Positions 56,406-64,000 of a stretch of 64,000 bases of DNA are shown one piece after another; the stretch's first letter is position 1; each line of letters opens with the position of its first letter. The position numbers and the translations under genes are program-made. Origin of the DNA: Christensenellaceae bacterium (GTDB lineage Bacteria > Bacillota > Clostridia > Christensenellales > SZUA-584); NCBI GenBank assembly GCA_963665005.2, contig CAXXTQ010000001.1, forward strand, positions 1,496,382 to 1,560,381, given 5' to 3'. The notes beneath the pieces are model-generated. The model made no database searches and had not been told where the DNA came from. It was given only the letters and a program-made list of their open reading frames with translations.

Positions 56406-56438
56406 TATGCGGACTGATCCATCGAGTTAGTCCGCATA
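56406..56438 (+). promoter_or_regulatory. Perfect 10-bp inverted repeat upstream of 56468
   Basis: TATGCGGACT, a 13-nt loop, then AGTCCGCATA, ending 30 nt before the ATG. Confidence 0.35.
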
Positions 56439-56467
56439 CATATATTCTAAAAAAGAGGAGGACATAA

Positions 56468-56677
56468 ATGAACAGGATTATAGGTATTGCTGAATTGAAG
56501 GATATTAAAGACATCAACATTGACATGTCCTTACCGCTTGAAGAACGCAAAAAAGAATTTGTCAAACAAATAGGCAATCCATATCATTTTAAGTGCGGTA
56601 AGGTAAAAGTAAATGTTGCATATAACGGTAAATCGACACTGGAAGACAGGCTTGTGGACTGCTTGATAAAAAAATAA
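56468..56677 (+). CDS. Small hypothetical protein preceding the recombinase pair
   Basis: 69 aa behind the RBS AGAGGAGG. Similar small genes often precede clostridial serine recombinases; this is from memory and unverified. Confidence 0.5.
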   Translation: MNRIIGIAELKDIKDINIDMSLPLEERKKEFVKQIGNPYHFKCGKVKVNVAYNGKSTLEDRLVDCLIKK

Positions 56678-56774
56678 GCCTCAAATTTTGTTACTGAGGA
56701 AATCCATGCTACATTTAAATCGGTGCTTAGAACATCCTGCTGTATGAAGTGATTTACAGATTGGAGAAACCGAT

Positions 56775-58484
56775 ATGGCAAGAAAGAAATTTTACGTTGC
56801 AAATGAAACTAAACAGCAAGAAAATGATAATCAATGGAATGTCGCTCTATATATTCGGCTTTCCCGTGAAGATGGCGATAAGGCTGAAAGCGACAGCGTA
56901 GCAAATCAAAAAAAACTGCTTAATAACTATGTTGAAGAACATGAGGAATTTGTTTCGGCAAGTTTTTTTGTAGATGAGGATGAAACTGGAACAAACTTTA
57001 ATCGTCCGGCATTTCAAAGAATGATGGATGATATTGAAAGCAATAAAATAAATTGCGTGATAATCAAAGATTTATCTCGTTTTGGCAGAGATTATATTGG
57101 AGCAGGCAATTATCTTGAGCATGTGTTCCCGAGATATAATTGCAGATTTATTTCCATCATTGATGGACTTGATAGTTTTACCAATGCTGAAGAAATCAAT
57201 GGATTAATGGTAAGAATAAAAAGCCTTATTCATGATAAAAACAGTCAGGATATATCCAAGAAAGTTCGTGCTACAAAAGACATGCAGCGAAGTGATGGAA
57301 AATACATATCACCTTATGCTCCATTTGGATATAAGAAAGACCCCTATAATAGATACAAGTTGATTATTGAAAAAGAAGCAGCTCCCATTGTAATTGATAT
57401 ATTCAATTGGTACTTAGAAGGGCTGGGTATGATTAGAATTGCTCAAAAATTAAACTATCTGGGAGTAATGACAAGAGCGGAATACAGAAAAACAGGATCG
57501 TTATACGAAAACGACACTTTGGTATCAGACTACAAAGGGTGGCATCCAAATGCTATCAGACAAACACTAACCAACAAGGCATATGTTGGAGCAGTTGATC
57601 AAAGGCGCAGAACAACTCGTAATTACAAAGATAGAAAGGCCGTCTTTCTTGATGATAAGAATCATTTCATTGTATATGATATGCATGAGCCTATAATAAG
57701 CAAATCAATATTTGATGAAGTGCAGAAAATCATTAATTGCCGATGCGTGAAGACCTCAAACAAAAAAGATAAAATATATGTTTTTTCTGGATTGCTTCGA
57801 TGCAATGACTGCAATTCATCTTTAATACGCAACAGTACTTTTCAAAAGGGAAGATACTACACTTACTACAAATGTAGAGCATACAACCAAAGAGGAATCA
57901 ACGTGTGCCCTCATTCCCACAGTATTAAGGAAGAAAAACTCTATTCGATCGTTCTTACAACCATGAATATGCAGATACAATCTCTTGTTAATATAAAAAG
58001 AGTTTTAAAGCGAATCAACAAAAATAACAGGATTGCGAAACTATCAATGGATTATACAAAGCTAATTTGCAATAAGAAAGAAAAGTGCGAGAAACTGCAA
58101 GGATTGAAACTCAATATTTATTCCGATTGGAAAAGTGATGAAATATCGAAAGATGATTATATCTTTATGCGTGACAAGTTGGATAACAAGGTTCAGAAAT
58201 TGAATGCTGAAATTACTTGCCTTGAAAAAGAAAAGCAAATTGAAGAAGATATACGTAATAATGAATTCAGTTGGCTTGAAAATATCATACAGCATGGTTT
58301 TTTAAAGGAACTAACAAGAGAGATAACAACAGCTTTAATCGAGAATATTTTTGTCAGCCAAGATAGCAATGTCAAGATTGTGTTTAAATATCAAGACGAA
58401 TATAACCGGTTGATAGATTATATAGAAAAGTATTCTAATACCGTATACGGCGTGGAAGGGGCTATAAATCATGCTGCACAATAA
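56775..58484 (+). CDS. Large serine recombinase 1
   Basis: ALYIRLSREDG..., NRPAFQRMMDDIESNKINCVIIKDLSRFGRD, a recombinase domain, a Cys zinc ribbon (CNDCNSSL...YYKC) and a coiled coil. Confidence 0.9.
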   Translation: MARKKFYVANETKQQENDNQWNVALYIRLSREDGDKAESDSVANQKKLLNNYVEEHEEFVSASFFVDEDETGTNFNRPAFQRMMDDIESNKINCVIIKDLSRFGRDYIGAGNYLEHVFPRYNCRFISIIDGLDSFTNAEEINGLMVRIKSLIHDKNSQDISKKVRATKDMQRSDGKYISPYAPFGYKKDPYNRYKLIIEKEAAPIVIDIFNWYLEGLGMIRIAQKLNYLGVMTRAEYRKTGSLYENDTLVSDYKGWHPNAIRQTLTNKAYVGAVDQRRRTTRNYKDRKAVFLDDKNHFIVYDMHEPIISKSIFDEVQKIINCRCVKTSNKKDKIYVFSGLLRCNDCNSSLIRNSTFQKGRYYTYYKCRAYNQRGINVCPHSHSIKEEKLYSIVLTTMNMQIQSLVNIKRVLKRINKNNRIAKLSMDYTKLICNKKEKCEKLQGLKLNIYSDWKSDEISKDDYIFMRDKLDNKVQKLNAEITCLEKEKQIEEDIRNNEFSWLENIIQHGFLKELTREITTALIENIFVSQDSNVKIVFKYQDEYNRLIDYIEKYSNTVYGVEGAINHAAQ

Positions 58485-60081
58485 CCTTGCATTAAAGACT
58501 GTGGATTGGAATACCGCCATCTATGTCAGAATATCCGAAGAAGAAAGAATAAAGTCGCTGGGTGATAGCATAACAAATCAAAAGCAAATATTAAATAGAT
58601 ATGCTATAAAGAACGAGTTGAGTGTAGTAAAAGTTTTTACCGATGAAGGACAAAAAGGCGGTAACTTTAACAGGCCTGCGTTTCAGGCAATGTTAAAAGA
58701 AATTGAGAATGGTACAATAAACTGTGTTCTTGTGAAAGACCTATCCAGGTTTGGAAGAGAGCATATCGAAGGCGATTATTACCTTGAAAAACTCTTTCCT
58801 TCAAAAGGAGTAAGGTTCATATCAATGCTTGAAAGGATAGACAGTGTTACCGACCCTGAACGCATGAACAGCATTGAAGTACCGATTATAAATCTATTTA
58901 ACGAGCAATATTTAAGACAGGTATCAAACTCAACAAAAGCCAGCCTAATGATAAAACGCAAAGAAGGGAAATGTGTTACCCCAATCGTTCCATATGGCTA
59001 CAGGCGCTCTCCTGAGGACAAATATAAGCTGATAGTGGATGAATATGCAAGACCTGTTGTAGAGGATATATTCAAGCATTATTTGAATTATGTGAGTATA
59101 ACTGAGATAGCGAAAATTATTGATGCCAGAGATATACTAAACCCTGTTTCTTATAGACGTAACCTGAAAGGCAAGCCTATAAATCCTGATTCACATTGGA
59201 GCAATACTACGGTTAGAAGCATTCTTACCAATCCGATTTATACAGGTGACATGGTGCAAGGCAGAACTAAATCATACAGCCATAAAGTTAATAAACGAGT
59301 ACCCTTGCCTAAAAATCAATGGATTATTGTGCCTGAAACACATGAGCCAATAATAAATAAAGATGATTTTGAAATGGCACAATCACTTATCAATTATCAG
59401 GCAAGACCTGTAAAAAGAAAGCATCATACAAAACCTTCAATACTTGCGGGATTCCTTGTCTGTGCAGATTGCGGAAAGAAAATGCAACGCCGGATAACAA
59501 CAATTGAAGACAAAAACTATTACAATTTCTCGTGTTCAACATATAAGAAGCTGGGAAAGAATACATGCTCTTCCCATTTGATCAGAGAGGATGTTGTCCT
59601 TGATGTGTTGTTAATTACAATCAATACAATTATTCAAAGCATGATTGATGTTGAACAAGCGATCCTAAACAATCGGAAAAATAAAATAAGCAAAATGGTT
59701 ACAAAATTAAACCATGAGATTTATACGCTAAAAGCAGAGATTGAGAAAACAGAAAAAATACAGGCTGGATTATATAGTGATTATAAAACGGATATTATAT
59801 CACTTGATGATTATAAGGGTATGAAGAAACGCTTTGGAGATAAACTCGTTTTATTAAACCAAAAAGTTAGTGAAATTGAAGAACAAATTAAGGTTATAAG
59901 CTGTGATGGGCTTATGAGCGATGCGGTTAAGCTGTTCAGACAATACGAAGGAATAAAGAAGCTTGACCGGGAGATAATCGGAGCCTTGGTCAATAAAATT
60001 ATTGTTGACTGTGACCGAAATATCACCATTGACTTCAAATTTCAGGATGAGATAAAAAAATACTGTTCATATTTTAACTAA
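58471..60081 (+). CDS. Large serine recombinase 2
   Basis: AIYVRISEEE..., NRPAFQAMLKEIENGTINCVLVKDLSRFGRE and a zinc ribbon (CADCGKKM...FSC). Overlaps recombinase 1 by 14 nt. Confidence 0.9.
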   Translation: MLHNNLALKTVDWNTAIYVRISEEERIKSLGDSITNQKQILNRYAIKNELSVVKVFTDEGQKGGNFNRPAFQAMLKEIENGTINCVLVKDLSRFGREHIEGDYYLEKLFPSKGVRFISMLERIDSVTDPERMNSIEVPIINLFNEQYLRQVSNSTKASLMIKRKEGKCVTPIVPYGYRRSPEDKYKLIVDEYARPVVEDIFKHYLNYVSITEIAKIIDARDILNPVSYRRNLKGKPINPDSHWSNTTVRSILTNPIYTGDMVQGRTKSYSHKVNKRVPLPKNQWIIVPETHEPIINKDDFEMAQSLINYQARPVKRKHHTKPSILAGFLVCADCGKKMQRRITTIEDKNYYNFSCSTYKKLGKNTCSSHLIREDVVLDVLLITINTIIQSMIDVEQAILNNRKNKISKMVTKLNHEIYTLKAEIEKTEKIQAGLYSDYKTDIISLDDYKGMKKRFGDKLVLLNQKVSEIEEQIKVISCDGLMSDAVKLFRQYEGIKKLDREIIGALVNKIIVDCDRNITIDFKFQDEIKKYCSYFN

Positions 60082-60437
60082 AAAACATCTAAGCGAATTT
60101 TGAAAAACAGTATAAAGGGTGATAAAATAGAAGCACGTCATCAAACGATGATGTGCTTTACTCATTAAGGAGCAAAAATTTTGTCCTATTGAATGTAATG
60201 GCGGAGAGAGAAGACGCACTAACAAGGTACTCAAAATGAATTGCAGCAGTTTAAAGTAGCTTAGCTAATAAATATGAGAAATTATGAATAATAAAATATA
60301 GTGAGTTCTATTATTTGTTATATCATGATCTTGCAGTATAAAAATTTTTTTAAAGTATTGTTAATATACACCAATTAACAACGGTTAGCGAAGATATACT
60401 GCATTATTAGTATAGAGCGTTGAAACTAAATATGTTT

Positions 60438-60531
60438 GTAATCGCCGCGTCCAACTCACGGGGCATGGTGGTGTACCGGCCTGTTTTTGGAGAAAGCAGG
60501 AATATTGGTCTGTGGCAGGCCAAACATATAA
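60438..60531 (+). pseudogene. Orphan 3' fragment of a second NlpC/P60 hydrolase gene
   Basis: VIAASNSRGMVVYRPVFGE, then in the +1 frame ILVCGRPNI*. Compare VIDASSSRGMVVYRPIFGERSIVACGRPHVK* at the end of 38216..40108. The nucleotide sequences differ strongly and the fragment is more G+C-rich. Confidence 0.7.
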
Positions 60532-60661
60532 TGAAGATGAAGTCTCATTTTATCGTAATGGCTATCGAAGTAAATAGCAGTCATTAAATAGCTGGTTCCA
60601 ATGCAAACACTCTTTAAAGTTTTATTTTACTAACATAATTTAACTTACAAGTATATTAATA

Positions 60662-60717
60662 TTGACATGTACATAAGCTTTATGATAAATTTATATAGGT
60701 GACATTAACGTTAATGT
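60662..60717 (+). promoter_or_regulatory. Promoter plus perfect 16-bp palindromic LacI-type operator
   Basis: TTGACA at 60662..60667, a 17-nt spacer ending in TG, then ATAAAT (extended -10). ACATTAACGTTAATGT at 60702..60717. Confidence 0.55.
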
Positions 60718-60882
60718 ATTTAAGGACGAGTGGCATTGAATGATTATGTACTATTCCACCCACTTCTGTAGGAGTGGGTGGAATAGTATAAGAGATTTTT
60801 GATGGGTTGTGACAGCGAAATACTATTGAAAATAATATATTTTAAATGATAAAGACACCTAATATACAGGGAGATAAGGATT

Positions 60883-61941
60883 TTGAAAAATAGCAAAGAG
60901 AATAAACGTGCAACATTAAAAGATATTTCGGCGAAGACCGGATATAGTGTCAATACTATATCAAGAGCCTTGAGAAGTAAAGATGATATTGCGGAAGAAA
61001 CTATCAAGCTTATAAAAAATACAGCCAAAGAGATGGGGTATATTAGCAATACTGTTGCATCTTCGCTGCGATCCGGATATACCAATACAATAGCTATATT
61101 GTACGGTGATATTGCGAACCCGTTTTTTGCGAACATGATGAAAAAAATCGAACGATTTTCGAACGCCAAAGGTTATTTTGCGTATTTGGCAAATACCGAA
61201 GAGAATGAAGAAATTGAATTAAAAACGATTCAACAAATGATCAATAAAAATGTAGATGGATTTATCATTTGTCCAACGCAGCATTCTTTGAACAACATTA
61301 AGTATCTTAAAAAAACCGGGATACCCTATGTGCTGATTGGCAGGCGTTTCCCGGAGTATGAAAACGACTATGTAATTTGGGATGACGAACGAGGAGGATA
61401 TTTAGCAACTAAGCATTTACTTTCACTTGGACATAAAAGAATTCTTATGCTAAACGGTCCTTCATACATATCAAGCGCGAAAGAACGCCTGGCAGGTTAT
61501 AAGCGGGCGCATGAGGAGTCTGGGGTAAAAATAATTCCGGATCTGATTCGGCAGGTATCCATTATTTCAGAAGAAGAAAACAAAAAGGTTGTTAGTGAAC
61601 TTATAGAAGAACGTATACAATGCACGGCAATTTTTACTTTCAGTGACCTTATTGCCTGGCAGGTTTGGTCGAATCTGCGCGAAGAAGGGTATGATATTCC
61701 AAAGGATTATTCGCTGATAGGATTTGATAATATTCAACAGGAAATTGCGTTACCATTTGGAATGAGTTCAATAAAAGCTGAAGGGGGAAATACTATGCCA
61801 GACTTTGCATTGCAGTTTTTATTTGACCGCATTGAAGGGAACATATCGACAAAGCCCTTAATTCAAGTTATAAAGACAGAGCTTTTCGACGGTGGTACAA
61901 CATTACCTGTAGCGAATTACATAACTTCGAATAATGTCTAA
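60883..61941 (+). CDS. LacI-family transcriptional regulator
   Basis: HTH ATLKDISAKTGYSVNTISRALR and a sugar-binding domain; TTG start. Confidence 0.85.
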   Translation: MKNSKENKRATLKDISAKTGYSVNTISRALRSKDDIAEETIKLIKNTAKEMGYISNTVASSLRSGYTNTIAILYGDIANPFFANMMKKIERFSNAKGYFAYLANTEENEEIELKTIQQMINKNVDGFIICPTQHSLNNIKYLKKTGIPYVLIGRRFPEYENDYVIWDDERGGYLATKHLLSLGHKRILMLNGPSYISSAKERLAGYKRAHEESGVKIIPDLIRQVSIISEEENKKVVSELIEERIQCTAIFTFSDLIAWQVWSNLREEGYDIPKDYSLIGFDNIQQEIALPFGMSSIKAEGGNTMPDFALQFLFDRIEGNISTKPLIQVIKTELFDGGTTLPVANYITSNNV

Positions 61942-62044
61942 ACATTCATAATCACTTAGCGCATTCTATTGATCAAATATTGCCATTATGTTCGATTGGT
62001 AAATTTTAATTAAGTATTTGTTTTAATATTATAAAGAAAATGCC

Positions 62045-62102
62045 TTGACAAAACAATATATATATATTATATTAACATTAACGATAATGTTAACGATAAT
62101 GT
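62045..62102 (+). promoter_or_regulatory. Promoter plus two overlapping operator-like repeats in front of the glycyl-radical operon
   Basis: TTGACA-17-TATATT. ACATTAACGATAATGT at 62075..62090 and ATGTTAACGATAATGT at 62087..62102 (tandem TAACGATAATGT). Each is one or two mismatches from the 60702 palindrome. Confidence 0.5.
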
Positions 62103-62142
62103 AGAGTATATTAACAAGAAATTCAACAAGTTAGGGCTGCTT

Positions 62143-62985
62143 ATGAAAGATGGGGTCATATTCGATATTAAGGAATTCGCAATAAACGATGGACCGGGGA
62201 TAAGACTAACTATATTTCTTAAAGGTTGTCCTATGAGATGCAACTGGTGCCATAATCCCGAAGGATTACGTATGGAACCGGAGCTTATGGTCAGCGCAGG
62301 TTGTACGAACTGCGGACGATGCAAAGAGGTGTGTAAGAATGACGAGTGTTTAGCCTGTGGAGATTGCATCGAGGTTTGTCCCAACCGATTACGGAAAATA
62401 AGCGGGACTAACATGACATCACAGGAATTGATATCGCTGATTTTAGAACGGAACAGCTATTATGCGCGTTATGGCGGGGGAGTGACTTTCTCAGGCGGAG
62501 AACCTCTATTTCAACCGGACTTTCTGATCGAGGTACTGGATGGGGTGCCGGGTGTACACCGGGCGTTGGAGACATCGGGTTACGCATCTCAAAGCGTATT
62601 TAAAAATGTCTGTAACAGAATTGACTTTATCATGATGGATGTAAAGATCATAGATGATGCGTTGCATCAGGAGATGACGGGAGTGAGCAACAAGCCCATA
62701 CTGAAAAATCTTGAACAGCTTTGCGCAGGCAGCAAGCCTTTTGTTATCCGTATCCCCCTGATACCGGGTATAAACGACAATCAAATTAATTATAAAGAGA
62801 CTGCAAAGTTATTGCAGCATGCCCCGATGCTTCAAAAAGTAGAGTTGCTTCCTTACCATAAAACAGCAGGCGTAAAATACAAAATGCTGGGGAAAAAGTA
62901 CGATCCTAAATTTGATGTTAATCGGGCGGTCATGGTTTCTCAGGAAGCATTTGATGAGTATGGGATAAGGAGCAGTGTACTATGA
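62143..62985 (+). CDS. Glycyl-radical enzyme activating protein (radical SAM)
   Basis: CPMRCNWCHNPE (CxxxCxxC) plus two ferredoxin-like Cys clusters (CTNCGRCKEVC and CLACGDCIEVCP). Confidence 0.85.
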   Translation: MKDGVIFDIKEFAINDGPGIRLTIFLKGCPMRCNWCHNPEGLRMEPELMVSAGCTNCGRCKEVCKNDECLACGDCIEVCPNRLRKISGTNMTSQELISLILERNSYYARYGGGVTFSGGEPLFQPDFLIEVLDGVPGVHRALETSGYASQSVFKNVCNRIDFIMMDVKIIDDALHQEMTGVSNKPILKNLEQLCAGSKPFVIRIPLIPGINDNQINYKETAKLLQHAPMLQKVELLPYHKTAGVKYKMLGKKYDPKFDVNRAVMVSQEAFDEYGIRSSVL

Positions 62986-64000
62986 CGGAACGGGTCAGAA
63001 AATTATATGATTACATCATATCAGGGAAAAAACATCATCAGTTCCGACAAGCGCCGGTAGATCCTTATATACTTGCACAGGAATTTACTTCCAAGGACAT
63101 GTCTGATGTTGACCGCGCCGCGCAAAGGCTTATTTATGTGTTGGATCAGGAAACGCCTGTGGTGCTTGATTTTGAGAGGGTCACGTTAACGAGAACTATA
63201 CCAAATATACCTGAAATCTATACGCTAGAAGAGATCAAGCAGATTAAAAAAACGCATTATCTGCATGAACAGGGCGATGTCTGCAACATTACTGTAGATT
63301 ACACGATGCTGCTCAGCGTGGGGTTTAATCAAAAACGTGGGCAGCTTAAAACATTAAAGCAAAAGTTTATAGATAAAAATGAAACAAAAAAGGCGCATTA
63401 TCTGCAATTGCAGATTGATATTCTGGATGCGGTTCAGCGTCTGGCGGATCGCTATCGGAAAGCGGCGCTTGATTGCGGGAATGATATCGTGGCTGCCACA
63501 TTGGCCAGAATACCCGCCAAGCCGCCTGAGACTTTTCTGGAAGCGCTGCAGATGTTTCGGTTGATACATTTTACCATGTGGTGCGGGCGGAATTATCATA
63601 ATACGGTGGGCCGTTTCGATCAGTTCATGTACCCATACCTGAAATGGGATCTGGACAACGGACGCTTAACTGAACAAACGGCATTGGAACTGATAGAGGA
63701 ATTCTTTATCTCATTTAACCGTGACAGTGACATGTACCCCGGCGTACAGCAGGGGGACAACGGACAAAGCATCGTGCTGGGAGGCAAAAACCCTGACGGG
63801 AGTGACAGCTTCAATCTGCTTTCCGAGTTATGCCTGCGTGCAAGCGGGGAATTGATGCTGATCGATCCCAAGATCAACCTGCGCGTCAATAAGGATACGC
63901 CGTTAACCCAGTTTGTCATAGGTACTGAACTCACAAAAAAGGGGCTCGGGTTTCCGCAGTATTCAAATGACGATATCATGATTCCAGGGCTGGTCCGGTG
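62982..64000 (+). CDS. Glycyl-radical enzyme (PFL2/glycerol-dehydratase-like family), N-terminal part; gene runs off the right edge
   Basis: Not in the ORF track because there is no stop. ATG 62982 overlaps the activase stop (ATGA). Reads MTERVRKLYDYI...ETFLEALQMFRLIHFTMW...VGRFDQFMYPYL...GDNGQSIVLGG. Confidence 0.75.
   Translation, partial: MTERVRKLYDYIISGKKHHQFRQAPVDPYILAQEFTSKDMSDVDRAAQRLIYVLDQETPVVLDFERVTLTRTIPNIPEIYTLEEIKQIKKTHYLHEQGDVCNITVDYTMLLSVGFNQKRGQLKTLKQKFIDKNETKKAHYLQLQIDILDAVQRLADRYRKAALDCGNDIVAATLARIPAKPPETFLEALQMFRLIHFTMWCGRNYHNTVGRFDQFMYPYLKWDLDNGRLTEQTALELIEEFFISFNRDSDMYPGVQQGDNGQSIVLGGKNPDGSDSFNLLSELCLRASGELMLIDPKINLRVNKDTPLTQFVIGTELTKKGLGFPQYSNDDIMIPGLVR

Larger units (their letters stand above)
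40009..60435 (+). mobile_element. Putative ~20.4-kb integrated element or cargo block ending in tandem serine recombinases (boundaries tentative)
   Basis: Recombinase genes end about 350 nt before an orphan hydrolase 3' fragment (60438..60531) that parallels the last ~30 codons of 38216..40108. ATATGT is present at both proposed junctions (40009..40014 and 60430..60435). Confidence 0.4.

Noticed and set aside
25738-60519. Further GGCAGG occurrences (for example 25738, 42921, 60514) as a recurring recombination core
   Set aside because: A hexamer is expected to recur by chance many times in 64 kb. Only the two copies exactly at the virB4 junctions are positionally meaningful.
1-64000. CRISPR arrays, rRNA or tRNA genes
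   Set aside because: I saw no regularly spaced direct repeats, no rRNA-like stretches and no cloverleaf-like segment in the intergenic regions. This was a visual scan only, so small RNAs cannot be excluded.

Overview
This is a low-GC, Clostridia-like (Firmicutes) mosaic region; the taxon is inferred from gene content. Bases 1-6640 (minus strand) hold one AraC-led operon with two half-ABC exporters and an ECF-type S/T/ATPase module. From about 6.9 kb there is a decayed conjugative-element T4SS module: a coupling-protein fragment, Maff2, a VirB6-like protein, a PrgI-like protein, VirB4 and an NlpC/P60 hydrolase. Its virB4 gene is split between Walker A and Walker B by a 26.2-kb insertion (11312..37485). 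That insertion is bounded by imperfect inverted repeats of about 28 bp and a shared GGCAGG. It carries three parts. (i) A sugar or sugar-acid utilisation island with a GntR/LacI-hybrid regulator, DapA-family enzyme, TRAP transporter, Zn-ADH, split transketolase, URO-D-like protein, CE7 esterase and ribokinase. (ii) A visibly G+C-rich mobilisation/integration module with a MobA/MobL relaxase, a MobQ-like oriT core and a large serine recombinase. (iii) An AT-rich three-gene operon (31.5-37.3 kb) encoding a small unknown protein, a 627-aa QueC-like PP-loop protein with extra N- and C-terminal domains, and a ~990-aa SF2 DEAH helicase with a restriction-endonuclease-like C-terminus. I consider this operon the best candidate for an undescribed defence system: it is related to Qat and type IV CBASS only through the QueC-like component. 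Downstream of the hydrolase gene lies a second cargo block of about 20 kb. It holds a sigma/anti-sigma pair, small secreted proteins, a BlaI/BlaR1-like pair, VanY and two ABC systems, and it ends in two tandem large serine recombinases followed by an orphan 3' fragment of a second hydrolase gene. The window closes with a LacI-family regulator and a glycyl-radical enzyme operon that share palindromic operators. I recognised no rRNA, tRNA or CRISPR array. All calls rest on reading the translations by eye; no searches were run.
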